Origin: Candidatus Pacearchaeota archaeon
GTDB lineage: Archaea; Nanobdellota; Nanobdellia; Pacearchaeales; DTIR01
Length of the DNA: 64,000 bases
Assembly: GCA_018303805.1 (NCBI GenBank)
Contig: JAGVXL010000001.1
Location: 110,208 to 174,207, forward strand
Direction: 5' to 3'
A program made the position numbers and the translations under genes. The notes under the pieces were generated by a model, which saw nothing but the letters and a program-made list of their open reading frames with translations, had not been told where the DNA came from and ran no database searches. Each line of letters opens with the position of its first letter. The stretch's first letter is position 1. Positions 27,034 through 35,617 of this stretch are shown piece by piece.

Positions 27034-27516
27034 ATGAAAAACACAAAAAAAGGGGTAACTGAGCTGATTGCATATGTCCTGCTTATAAGCCTAGCGATAG
27101 CTTTAAGCATCCTTGTTTATAATTGGCTTAGATTTTATGTATTGCCCCATGAACCCAAAGCATGCCCTGATGGCGTTAGCTTGATAATTCAGGAATACTC
27201 CTGCGTCTCTGGAAACATAAATATAACTGTGAGGAATAAAGGGCTTTTCAAGATTGACGGCTATCTCATAAAAATAAACAACAAAGTGGACCACGCAGGC
27301 AAGCCAGAGGGCTTGCCCGTGTATTTGCTTGCATCTGTTTCTTTACCTAGTCCCTTGAACCCAAGTGAGATGCATTCTGGCGATTATCCCTATAAGGACC
27401 TTTACGGAAGGGTAGTGGAGATAGAAATAGAGCCATTCAGGAAGCAGGAAAATAAAATTGTTTATTGTGACAAATCAGCAGCCAGGCAGATAGTGCGTTC
27501 AGTTGATTGTTCATAG
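27034..27516 (+). CDS. Archaeal pilin-like protein (class-III signal peptide)
   Basis: MKNTKKGVTELIAYVLLISLAIALSILVY: a KG cleavage context followed by a hydrophobic helix. Confidence 0.6.
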   Translation: MKNTKKGVTELIAYVLLISLAIALSILVYNWLRFYVLPHEPKACPDGVSLIIQEYSCVSGNINITVRNKGLFKIDGYLIKINNKVDHAGKPEGLPVYLLASVSLPSPLNPSEMHSGDYPYKDLYGRVVEIEIEPFRKQENKIVYCDKSAARQIVRSVDCS

Positions 27517-27555
27517 CAAGATTTAAAATTATAAGTGACATGATTCCTTAAGCAA

Positions 27556-28020
27556 ATGCAACACAAAAAAGGGGTTACTCCGATTGTAGCAACAGTATTG
27601 CTGATAGGCATAACAATTACATTGGCAATAATAATCTTTGCGTGGGCGAGGGGATTTATTGCAGAGCAAATAGAGAAATTTGGGAAATCTGCAGAACAGG
27701 TTTGCGAAGAGTTGAGTTATGATGCTGATGTTGTGCCAGCAGGCGCTAATCTTTATGATTTTTACATAACCAACAGGGGCAATATCCCCATCTATGCCAT
27801 TGACATAAAACAGATAGGCCCTGGCAAATCACAGGTAGACAGGAGAACAATAACCATAGCAGAGGGCCAGTCATTGAAAGAAACCCTGACTTTAGAGAGG
27901 GCAAGTTATGATACTATAATGATTATGCCAGTAATCCTTGGAAATGCGCGGGGAACAGCAAATAAAAAAGCCTATGCCTGCCCCCAACAATACAGCAAGC
28001 AGATTGAACTGCCCTTATAG
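27556..28020 (+). CDS. Archaeal pilin-like protein (class-III signal peptide)
   Basis: MQHKKGVTPIVATVLLIGITITLAIIIFAW. Confidence 0.6.
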   Translation: MQHKKGVTPIVATVLLIGITITLAIIIFAWARGFIAEQIEKFGKSAEQVCEELSYDADVVPAGANLYDFYITNRGNIPIYAIDIKQIGPGKSQVDRRTITIAEGQSLKETLTLERASYDTIMIMPVILGNARGTANKKAYACPQQYSKQIELPL

Positions 28021-28097
28021 GAAAGTTTTTAAGGTTAAATTACAAGACCTTATTATAGTAATATAAATAAGAGTGCAAAAAGGAGGTAAGAATAAAG

Positions 28098-28631
28098 ATG
28101 CGCTTGAATAATAGAAAGGCAGTTTCTGCATTAGTCGCTACAGTGCTGCTTATCCTTATAACTGTTGCAGCAGTTGGGATAATTTGGGGCGCAATCATGC
28201 CCATGCTCAACAGAGCTATGGAAATGGGGCAGGCATGTTTGAACGCAAGGCTGACAATTGACACAACTTCTGGCTATACATGTTATAAATCAACAACAAC
28301 AGAAGCAATGATTATGGTTGGCAGAGGGGCAGAGGAATTTGATTTGGCTGGGATGAACATAATGGTAAGCGGCGGCGGGCAATCCAAAACATTCCTGATT
28401 AAGAACGGAACAGCTGTTCAGGCTGATGGCATAAATATAGGGGTAAAAATGGTTGACGGCAAAACAACAATGGATATACCAAAGCCAAATGAAGAAAGAA
28501 CATACATCTTGTTCATCGGGACTAATTTGAGCAGCGTAGAAGAAGTCAAAGTTGCTCCGCTTGCGAAAGTCGGCAACACAGAGAGGACTTGTGATATCTC
28601 CTCAAAAGTGCCATTGACAACTTGCGTTTAG
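28098..28631 (+). CDS. Archaeal pilin-like protein; paralog of 18777..19289
   Basis: MRLNNRKAVSALVATVLLILITVAAVGIIWGAIMPML. It shares the N-terminal 35 aa and downstream GYTCY / DLAG segments with the 18777 gene. Confidence 0.65.
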   Translation: MRLNNRKAVSALVATVLLILITVAAVGIIWGAIMPMLNRAMEMGQACLNARLTIDTTSGYTCYKSTTTEAMIMVGRGAEEFDLAGMNIMVSGGGQSKTFLIKNGTAVQADGINIGVKMVDGKTTMDIPKPNEERTYILFIGTNLSSVEEVKVAPLAKVGNTERTCDISSKVPLTTCV

Positions 28632-28679
28632 GAAATTTTGTTTATTTTTTTATTTTAGATATCTTTTATTTTTGCTTGA

Positions 28680-29216
28680 TTGAAAATGCAAAAAAATGCA
28701 CAAGTCTGGATTGAGTCTGTCCTTTACACACTTATTGGTCTGGCGATAATTGGCTTGCTTCTGGCTGTGATGAGGCCGAAAATAGCACAGACACAGGACC
28801 AATTTATAATACAGCAAACTATCCGCGCATTAAACGAGATAGACAATAAAATTCTGGAAATAAAACAGGCAACAGGCAACAGGCGCATAATAGAATTTCA
28901 GCTTTCCAAAGGTGAACTAACAATACTTGCGTCTGACGACAGGATAGAGTGGAAACTTCCAGGAAGCAGCTATATGTATTCTGAGCCCGGCTTTACAGCA
29001 TCGGTTAATAATATCAAGGTCTTAACAGATAAGATTGCCGACAAGTATGATATCACTTTGATTCTGGATTATAAAAACAAAAATGATTTGCTTATAGATT
29101 CTACGCAAACTTCAAGAACATTGCAGCCGGCAAAAACACCTTACTCATTGACAGTTGAGAATGCAGGGCAGGATGCGCAAAGTAAGCTGATAAAGGTTGA
29201 TTTCTCTGTTCAGTAA
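28680..29216 (+). CDS. Pilin-like or membrane-anchored 178-aa protein
   Basis: MKMQKNAQVWIESVLYTLIGLAIIGLLLAVM. Last gene of the five-gene cluster. Confidence 0.5.
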   Translation: MKMQKNAQVWIESVLYTLIGLAIIGLLLAVMRPKIAQTQDQFIIQQTIRALNEIDNKILEIKQATGNRRIIEFQLSKGELTILASDDRIEWKLPGSSYMYSEPGFTASVNNIKVLTDKIADKYDITLILDYKNKNDLLIDSTQTSRTLQPAKTPYSLTVENAGQDAQSKLIKVDFSVQ

Positions 29217-29265
29217 AAAAGCAAGGAAAACAAGATTTAAAAATTAAAATCCATTAAGAGATCTG

Positions 29266-29392
29266 TGCCCGGATGGCACAATGGCAATGCGCAAGGTTGC
29301 TAAAAGCCTTTCTTAACAAGAAAGCCTTGGGAAAGAAACTACAAACACCTTGTTTCCGCAAGGATATGCAGGTTCGATTCCTGCTCCGGGCG
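29266..29392 (+). tRNA. tRNA-Ser (anticodon GCU) with an intron of about 44 nt at 37/38
   Basis: Acceptor GCCCGGA/TCCGGGC+G. Anticodon stem CAAGG/CCTTG with loop TTGCTA|intron|A. Long variable arm TTTCCGCAAGGATAT. T-arm GCAGG-TTCGATT-CCTGC. The intron contains an internal hairpin CTTTCTT/AAGAAAG. Confidence 0.7.
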
Positions 29393-29445
29393 TTTCAAAT
29401 CCAGATTTTAGAAATCTTTTTAAATGGGGATTATCCAATAAGTCT

Positions 29446-29730
29446 ATGGTATACAGAAAAGAGGATCAGACACAGAAACTGGCCGATTATATAAAGAAGA
29501 ATCTGAGCAGGGGAAAGGGTTACACTGTTGAATCCTTGAAATGGGCTCTTATAAGCCAAGGGCATTCAAGAACCGCAGTTGAAAATGCAGTTGAACTTGC
29601 CAACAAGCAGCTTGCTGCAATGGCTCCTAAGTTGCCGCCAGTCAAGGAAGAAAAGATTGAGTTTGTAGAAGAGCCTGTTGAAGAAAAGAAGGGCTTCTTT
29701 AAGAGATTGCTTGGAATTTTCAAAAGATAA
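29446..29730 (+). CDS. Hypothetical 95-aa protein
   Basis: The ORF-track start at 29350 overlaps the tRNA-Ser 3' exon. The in-frame ATG at 29446 (MVYRKEDQ...) does not. Confidence 0.4.
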   Translation: MVYRKEDQTQKLADYIKKNLSRGKGYTVESLKWALISQGHSRTAVENAVELANKQLAAMAPKLPPVKEEKIEFVEEPVEEKKGFFKRLLGIFKR

Positions 29731-29740
29731 AAGGCAAGTT

Positions 29741-29971
29741 TTATTTTGGACTCAGTAATTTCTCTGCCAGTTTAATCATCTCTCTCTTTAAACCAATAAA
29801 CACTCCACCTTCTTTGCCTTGAACATAGCTTGATTCCCCTGGTTTTATTATCTCATTTAGCTCCTCTAATTCTATATCAATATGAGTAATTCTTGCATTA
29901 CTCTTGCCTTTTTCATGCAGATACACCTTTGCCTTGCCTAACAGCTTTTTGCCTTCACCTGGACCTGACAT
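29741..29971 (-). CDS. Hypothetical 76-aa protein
   Basis: Compact ORF facing the tRNA cluster. No motif recognised. Confidence 0.45.
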   Translation of the reverse strand: MSGPGEGKKLLGKAKVYLHEKGKSNARITHIDIELEELNEIIKPGESSYVQGKEGGVFIGLKREMIKLAEKLLSPK

Positions 29972-30028
29972 AAAGATTAGAGGCAGAAAAGGTATTTAAA
30001 ATTTCACAATTTATAATTTAATGTGCGG

Positions 30029-30101
30029 GGGGCTGTGGTATAGCCTGGTAGCATATCGCCTTCGGGAGGCGATGACCTGCGTTCGAATCGCAGCAGCCCC
30101 A
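30029..30101 (+). tRNA. tRNA-Pro (anticodon CGG)
   Basis: Acceptor GGGGCTG/CAGCCCC+A. D-stem GTAT/ATAT. Anticodon stem TCGCC/GGCGA with loop TTCGGGA. T-arm CTGCG-TTCGAAT-CGCAG. No intron and no CCA. Confidence 0.8.
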
Positions 30102-30145
30102 TTTTAGGTTAGATTTAAAAATCCCTATAATCTTGGAGAATTCAT

Positions 30146-30264
30146 AGCGCGGTGGAGCAGCCTGGTTAGCTCGCGAGGCCCATAAAATTAAGGTTTCCTT
30201 AATTTATAAGAAATCTTGATTTCGGATACCTCGAGGTCGCATGGTTCAAATCCTGCCCGCGCTA
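30146..30264 (+). tRNA. tRNA with anticodon CAU (Met, possibly initiator; or Ile2), carrying an intron of about 43 nt at 37/38
   Basis: A1:U72 acceptor pair (AGCGCGG/CCGCGCT+A). D-arm GAGC-AGCCTGGTTA-GCTC. Anticodon stem CGAGG/CCTCG with loop CCCATA|intron|A. The intron has a 9-bp hairpin AAATTAAGG/CCTTAATTT. The T-arm GCATGG-TTCAAAT-CCTGC has one bulged U. Confidence 0.6.
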
Positions 30265-30313
30265 CTCTTCATCATTCTATAAAGGTAACAATAAAAAAGC
30301 TTTTAAATAACAA

Positions 30314-30817
30314 ATGGTTTTAATTCCTATGGGAGAGTTAGATTTGGAATTGATTAATCTTGAAGGGTTGATTAAAAAATTGAATTCTTCGTTGGCGGAC
30401 CATGATGAAGTTATAGAATCAGAGACAAAGGACTTACTTATCCCAAGAGACGCCAAACAAACACTTAGAAAAGGAAGGTATAATCTGATTCAGAATGGTT
30501 TTGGAGGCACTCTTCTTGACGCCCTAGCTAGTTCATGGTCTGAAATCAACATTGGGAGCATTTCTTATGAAGGAGATATAGTTGAGGACAGCGCAGCTTA
30601 CGGCGGAGCATACGAGACAGTAAGGCTAAGAATAGACGGGCCTATTAAATTGAAAAAAGGAGATGTATTGCCTGCTTGTGAAATAAGATTATTTGCTGAG
30701 ATAGATGACACGATGCATGGAAAGCTGTATATAGAAAGAGAGGATTATATCCCTAAATTTTTGTATAAAAAAAGAACAGACTTATCAATAATCCTGCCTA
30801 CAGAATGGTTCTTGTAG
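30314..30817 (+). CDS. Hypothetical 167-aa protein
   Basis: Full ORF upstream of rnhB. No motif recognised. Confidence 0.5.
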   Translation: MVLIPMGELDLELINLEGLIKKLNSSLADHDEVIESETKDLLIPRDAKQTLRKGRYNLIQNGFGGTLLDALASSWSEINIGSISYEGDIVEDSAAYGGAYETVRLRIDGPIKLKKGDVLPACEIRLFAEIDDTMHGKLYIEREDYIPKFLYKKRTDLSIILPTEWFL

Positions 30818-30875
30818 TAGTTTGAAATCTTGATTTAAACTAAATGTTTAAAAATTTGTTTTTTCTTTAACTAAA

Positions 30876-31547
30876 ATGTTAATTCTTGGAATTGACGATG
30901 CAGGCAGAGGCCCTATCATAGGCCCGATGGTTCTGGCAGGGGTTTTAATTGAAAAAAAGGATGAGGCCCATTTAAGAAAGATTGGGGTCAAGGATTCCAA
31001 GAAAGTAACCCCAAAGAGAAGGGAAATTCTTGCTGTTGAAATAAAAAAAATTGCAAAGGATTATCATGCTTCTATCACCCTCCCCCTAGAAATTGACAGC
31101 AGGGCTTTGAATGGATTGAACTTGAATAATATCGAGGCAATTAAATCTGCGGAGATAATAAACAAACTGAACAAGAGCCAGGAAAGAATTGAAGTTGTTA
31201 TTGACTGCCCTTCCCCCAATATCCCAAAATGGCGTGAATATATACTAAAGCATATCCATGAGCCGGATAACCTCATTTTTAAGGTTGAGCATAAGGCAGA
31301 TGTTAATCATATTGCATGTTCTGCAGCATCAATCATCGCAAAGGTTACAAGGGACTCTGAAATTGAGGAAATAAAAAAGCGGATTGGTGTTGATTTTGGT
31401 TCTGGCTATCCTTCTGACCCTGTAACAATAAGCTTTTTGCAAAAACATGGCAAGAAATATAAAAAAGAGGGCATTATCAGAGAGACATGGCAAACATGGC
31501 AGAATTTTAAAGGCAAAAAAGAGCAGAAGAACTTAAAAGATTTTTAA
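30876..31547 (+). CDS. rnhB: Ribonuclease HII
   Basis: MLILGIDDAGRGPIIGPMVLAGVLI is the RNase HII catalytic N-terminus (DEDD). 223 aa. Confidence 0.85.
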   Translation: MLILGIDDAGRGPIIGPMVLAGVLIEKKDEAHLRKIGVKDSKKVTPKRREILAVEIKKIAKDYHASITLPLEIDSRALNGLNLNNIEAIKSAEIINKLNKSQERIEVVIDCPSPNIPKWREYILKHIHEPDNLIFKVEHKADVNHIACSAASIIAKVTRDSEIEEIKKRIGVDFGSGYPSDPVTISFLQKHGKKYKKEGIIRETWQTWQNFKGKKEQKNLKDF

Positions 31548-31549
31548 TC

Positions 31550-31708
31550 TTATTTCTTTCTTTTACCTGATTTGGCTAATTTCAACAATTTCCTTACTTT
31601 TGCTTCCTTACCTTTGTTGCTTGGCTTCCTGCATTGTTTTTTGCAGACTCTTTTCACGCTTTTTTTAGAATAAGGCTTCTTTTTCACTTTCCCTGTTTTC
31701 AGCGCCAT
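31550..31708 (-). CDS. Small (about 53-aa) highly basic protein
   Basis: MALKTGKVKKKPYSKKSVKRVCKKQCRKPSNKGKEAKVRKLLKLAKSGKRKK. The ORF-track start at 31756 would overlap the adjacent structured element, so the start at 31708 is preferred. Confidence 0.35.
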   Translation of the reverse strand: MALKTGKVKKKPYSKKSVKRVCKKQCRKPSNKGKEAKVRKLLKLAKSGKRKK

Positions 31709-31719
31709 TTTAAAAATAA

Positions 31720-31950
31720 AAAGCCGATAAACGGACTCGGTGATAGAGTGCCTCAACCAATTATTACCGAATCAATCTTAACCTATCGGTTTGGTTTAAA
31801 GGTGATCTCTACCGTGCCATAAAGAAGCTTAATAGGTGCAAGTTTCGTGCAATGAGTTATAGTCCGACCATCACATTAATAGCTGAACACCCAGCAGAGG
31901 CTGTTATGGACGCATCCTTTTCAGGACAACCAAAATGTCCTATCGGCTTT
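31720..31950 (-). ncRNA. Candidate structured non-coding RNA (about 230 nt) closed by a perfect 10-bp terminal helix. Possibly an RNase P RNA-like molecule.
   Basis: AAAGCCGATA (31720-31729) is the exact reverse complement of TATCGGCTTT (31941-31950). The region is ORF-poor. On the minus strand a TATA-like CTATAAATAG lies about 25 nt upstream and an oligo-T run follows. On that strand a 5' GUCCAUAAC segment and a 3' UCCGUUUAUCGG segment resemble conserved M1-RNA stretches. Confidence 0.3.
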
Positions 31951-32091
31951 ACTTTCTAAGGGGGTGCCCCTATTTATAGTTTTCCGACTACTCCGGAGGT
32001 ATAAAAATAAACAGGGCAAGTTTAATGATAATGGCAACAGCTAAATATTCTTATGCATACAAAATTCCGACGGAAAATTTAAAAATGTCTA

Positions 32092-34965
32092 TTGTCAAAG
32101 GTTAACATGCCATCCATAAAAAAGCTGGTGATTCATGGCTTTAAGTCATTTGCCAAGCCGACAGAAATCATGTTTGACAAGACTATGAACACTATTGTTG
32201 GCCCCAATGGCTCTGGCAAGAGCAATGTTTCTGATGCTATCTGTTTTGTCTTGGGCAGATTAAGCATAAAATCTATCCGCGCAGAAAAGGCAGCCAATCT
32301 AATATATAATGGAGGCAAGGAAAACCGGCCTGCAGAAGAGGCAAAAGTAGACATGATATTTGACAATTCTGACAAGATTTTTCCTGGGAATGAAGAGGTA
32401 AAAATAACAAGAATTGTCAGAAGAGACGGGCAGAGCATTTATAAAATAGACAGCAAGACAAAAACAAGACAGGAAGTTCTGGACTTGCTTGCTCAGGCGG
32501 GCATAGACCCTTATGGCTTTAACATTATCCTGCAGGGGGAGATTTCAAGGTTTGTCGAGATGAGAAATGATGAAAGAAGGGGGATAGTGGAGGATATAGC
32601 TGGAATAGGTATATACGAGGCAAGAAAAGAAAAATCCTTGCATGAACTGGAAAGAACAGACGATAGGTTGAAAGAGGTTAACACTGTATTAAGAGAAAGA
32701 ACTGCTTATTTAAGGAATTTGGAAGAAGAAAGGCAGCAGGCGCTAAAATTCAAGAAACTGGAGGAAACAGTGGCTAGATGCAAGGCGTCAATCATCAAAA
32801 AGAAAATTGACGAGAAGGCAAGGGAAAAGGATAGGGTTGAAGATGATATAGCAAAAGAAACAGGGGGTGCAGATAAAATTGAAAGCAATATCATCAAGGT
32901 TGAAGAGGAGATTAAAAAAATAAAAATCAGGATTGAGGATATAAACAGCAGGGTGCAGAAATCTGCAGGAATCGAGCAAACCTCCTTAACAGCCAGCATA
33001 ACCGAACTGAAGGCAGAGATTGCCGGATTAAGCGTGAAAAAGGAGAACTACCAGAACCAGGTTGAGTCCATAGCAAGAAGAAAAGACGAGCTTGAAAAGA
33101 ATATCTCCCGCTTGCAGAATGAAATAGAAGAGATGAGAAAAAGCAAGGGCAAATCCGTAAAGCAAGAAGTGGAAAACAAGAAAAAAACACTCGAGGATTT
33201 TAACGAAAGGAAAGCTAAATTTTACTCCTTGAAATCCGCATTAAGCGTGCTGAATGAACGCTTTAATGACAAGAAGAATGAACTGCAGAAAATTGAACAG
33301 GAATATGAATTTACATTCAAGAGAATTGAGGAAACTGAATCTTTATTAAAATTTAAGGACAGCCTGGAAAAAAATAAGGATTTGCTTGCTGTTTTGAAAA
33401 AGGAAGTTAAACAAAACAGGGAAAAACAGCAGGAAGCTGAAAAAGAAATTATCGAGGCTGAAAAAGAAACGGCAGCTTGCTCAAGGCAGATTTTTGAAAT
33501 TGAAAAAATCAAGAAACAGGTTTCTGAACTGGATATTTGCCCTCTATGCAAGACAAAAATAACATCAGAGCACATACATGATATTGAAAAAGAGGCAGAT
33601 GATAAAATTGCCATAATCAAAGAGATAATTGAGAACATGTCAAGGCAGAAAGGCAGGGCATGGGACTCAAAGGAGGATTCTATTATAATCCTCAAAGAAA
33701 AAGGGGAGGAGATTAATGAAAGGGAGAAGGATATAGTGAGGCTGGAGAGAATAGAAGAAAAGAAACAGCAGCTCAAAAAGCTTGATGAAGGCAAAAAGAA
33801 AATTTCAGATGAAATAGATGACTTAGAAAACAGGAAGAATCAGGCTCAAAAATCCATTTCAGAGTTTGAGGATATAGAGCAGAAATATGAACTGTTAAAG
33901 CTGGAAGTGGATGAGCTTAAAAGGCATGAAGAGATTGACGTTGGCACAGAAATAACATACAAGCTTCGCGAGTTGGAAAAGGTGAAGATTATCATAAGGC
34001 AGATTTCTATGCAGGGAAGCGAATTAGAAAATGAGATACAGGAGATAGGCAAGGAGCTTAGTGGAAAGCAGAAGGAAGCCCGGGAAAAGGAAAAGCAGGA
34101 ACTGGAGATACAAGCAAGATACAAAAAACTGTTTGAAGAGAAAGGCAATCTGCAGGACAAAATCAGGCTTTTTGAATCTGACATGCTGAAAAAACAGAAT
34201 GATGCCAGAATTCTTGAAGGGCAGCTTAATAATTTCAAGATTAAAAAGGCAGAAATAAACGCTCAGATAGAATCATTGGAGATGGAATACAAGGAATTTG
34301 GAACTCTTGAGGTAATCAAGGCTTCAGTTGAAGAACTGCAAAATAGGCTGGAAAATTCACAAAAGCTGCTTGATGTTATTGGCAGCGTTAACCTCAAAGC
34401 TCTGGAGATTTATGATAACATCAAAAGGGATTATGATTCAATTGCATTAAAAGTTGAGCAGCTTGAAAAGGAAAAGCAGGAGATTCTCAGGATAATTGAA
34501 GAGATTGACAAGAAAAAGAAAAACAGCTTCATGAAAACTTTGAATGCTATTAACCAGTTGTTTTCTGATAATTTTTCCAGGCTGAGCACAAAGGGGCAGG
34601 CGTGGCTTGAGCTTGAGAATACAGAGGATGCTTTTTCAGGTGGCTTGGACATAATTGTCAGGATTGCAAAGGGCAAATATATGGATATAAGCAGTTTGTC
34701 AGGAGGCGAGCAAGTGCTGGTGGCTTTGTCGCTTATATTTGCAATACAGGAATATAAGCCATACTGCTTCTATATCTTTGACGAGATTGATGCCGCGCTT
34801 GACAAGAGGAATTCCGAGAGACTGGCTGGCTTGCTTACTGCCTACACGAAAAAATCACAATGCATCATTGTCACGCATAATGATTCCATAATCTCCAATT
34901 CAGCAACCCTATATGGGGTGAGCATGCAGGATGGGGTGAGCAAGATTGTGAGCTTGAAGGTGTAA
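32092..34965 (+). CDS. smc: SMC-family ATPase (957 aa) with a CPLC zinc-hook-like motif at the coiled-coil midpoint instead of a hinge
   Basis: N-terminal head IKKLVIHGFKSF...TIVGPNGSGKSNVSDAICFVLG. C-terminal head LSGGEQVLVALSLIFAIQEYKPYCFYIFDEIDAALD...QCIIVTHN, which are SMC-type signature, Walker B and D-loop. Long K/E coiled coils. ELDICPLCKTKIT lies at nt about 33540, the exact middle of the gene. No GxxGxG hinge-like globular segment. Confidence 0.75.
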   Translation: MSKVNMPSIKKLVIHGFKSFAKPTEIMFDKTMNTIVGPNGSGKSNVSDAICFVLGRLSIKSIRAEKAANLIYNGGKENRPAEEAKVDMIFDNSDKIFPGNEEVKITRIVRRDGQSIYKIDSKTKTRQEVLDLLAQAGIDPYGFNIILQGEISRFVEMRNDERRGIVEDIAGIGIYEARKEKSLHELERTDDRLKEVNTVLRERTAYLRNLEEERQQALKFKKLEETVARCKASIIKKKIDEKAREKDRVEDDIAKETGGADKIESNIIKVEEEIKKIKIRIEDINSRVQKSAGIEQTSLTASITELKAEIAGLSVKKENYQNQVESIARRKDELEKNISRLQNEIEEMRKSKGKSVKQEVENKKKTLEDFNERKAKFYSLKSALSVLNERFNDKKNELQKIEQEYEFTFKRIEETESLLKFKDSLEKNKDLLAVLKKEVKQNREKQQEAEKEIIEAEKETAACSRQIFEIEKIKKQVSELDICPLCKTKITSEHIHDIEKEADDKIAIIKEIIENMSRQKGRAWDSKEDSIIILKEKGEEINEREKDIVRLERIEEKKQQLKKLDEGKKKISDEIDDLENRKNQAQKSISEFEDIEQKYELLKLEVDELKRHEEIDVGTEITYKLRELEKVKIIIRQISMQGSELENEIQEIGKELSGKQKEAREKEKQELEIQARYKKLFEEKGNLQDKIRLFESDMLKKQNDARILEGQLNNFKIKKAEINAQIESLEMEYKEFGTLEVIKASVEELQNRLENSQKLLDVIGSVNLKALEIYDNIKRDYDSIALKVEQLEKEKQEILRIIEEIDKKKKNSFMKTLNAINQLFSDNFSRLSTKGQAWLELENTEDAFSGGLDIIVRIAKGKYMDISSLSGGEQVLVALSLIFAIQEYKPYCFYIFDEIDAALDKRNSERLAGLLTAYTKKSQCIIVTHNDSIISNSATLYGVSMQDGVSKIVSLKV

Positions 34966-35046
34966 TTTTTAAGAGAAAAAAGAGAAGCGAAAGGTTTAAA
35001 TATTATAGATTATAATGATTTATAATAAATCATAACAAAAATTAAA

Positions 35047-35283
35047 ATGGTGCAGAATATAATAAATATAGAAGAAAAAGAAGACAGAGTATTGAATATA
35101 GTCAAAGCTAAGTTTGGCTTGAAAAACAAAAGTGAAGCAGTCGCCTTAATCGCAAAAGTATATGAAGAAAGCTTTCTTGAGCCTGAATTAAGACCTGGAT
35201 ACCTCCAAAAACTGGAAAAGATAAGAAAAGGCAGATATATCAAGTTTAATTCTGTTGATGAATTAAGAAAAGCAACAAGTTAA
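35047..35283 (+). CDS. Putative antitoxin (78 aa) of a second RelE-like pair
   Basis: Small ORF ending 11 nt before the toxin-like gene. Helical and charged, consistent with an RHH or Phd-like partner. Confidence 0.4.
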   Translation: MVQNIINIEEKEDRVLNIVKAKFGLKNKSEAVALIAKVYEESFLEPELRPGYLQKLEKIRKGRYIKFNSVDELRKATS

Positions 35284-35293
35284 AAGAGGCAAC

Positions 35294-35563
35294 ATGTACA
35301 ACTTTATTGTAAGTGAACACTTTCACGATATACTAAAAAAGCTCTCTAAAAAAGACAAAAATCTGCATAAACAGATTTTAAAGAAAATTGATGAAATTAT
35401 AAACTGCTATGATGTGGGGCATTATAAGAATTTGAGATATAATATGAAGGATTCAAAGAGCGTTCATATAGGGCATTTTGTTCTTGTTTTCCAGTTTGAT
35501 AAGAAAACAAAGACAATAAACTTTGATGATTTTGACCATCACGATAAAGTTTACAAAAGGTAA
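35294..35563 (+). CDS. RelE/YafQ-like toxin (89 aa)
   Basis: HFVLVFQFDKKTKTINFDDFDHHDKVY fits the RelE-fold C-terminal pattern (...yrliY.vd....v.il.igHH..vY). Confidence 0.55.
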   Translation: MYNFIVSEHFHDILKKLSKKDKNLHKQILKKIDEIINCYDVGHYKNLRYNMKDSKSVHIGHFVLVFQFDKKTKTINFDDFDHHDKVYKR

Positions 35564-35617
35564 GCAAGAGATAGGATTAGTAGAATAGTAGGATTATGAG
35601 TTTGAAGATTTAATTCT

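Noticed and set aside
29350-29445. N-terminal 32 codons of the ORF-track protein 29350..29730
   Set aside because: They overlap the 3' exon of tRNA-Ser. A downstream in-frame ATG at 29446 gives a non-overlapping gene.
31720-31950. Firm identification of the structured element as RNase P RNA
   Set aside because: I could not establish the P4 pseudoknot pairing or the full set of conserved regions by eye. Only P1-like termini and two short M1-like stretches are visible, so it is kept as a candidate ncRNA only.
33531-33552. Calling the 957-aa protein Rad50 rather than SMC
   Set aside because: Despite the central CxxC, the head motifs (FKSF, NVSDAICFVLG, AIQEYKP..FYIFDEIDAALD) are SMC-type and not Rad50-type. 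No mre11 gene is adjacent.
32133-34676. Multiple 60-190-aa minus-strand ORFs inside smc
   Set aside because: They lie antisense to a gene with strong Walker A/B and signature motifs. Their translations are Ser/Leu/Phe-rich low-complexity sequence, as is typical of K/E-codon antisense.
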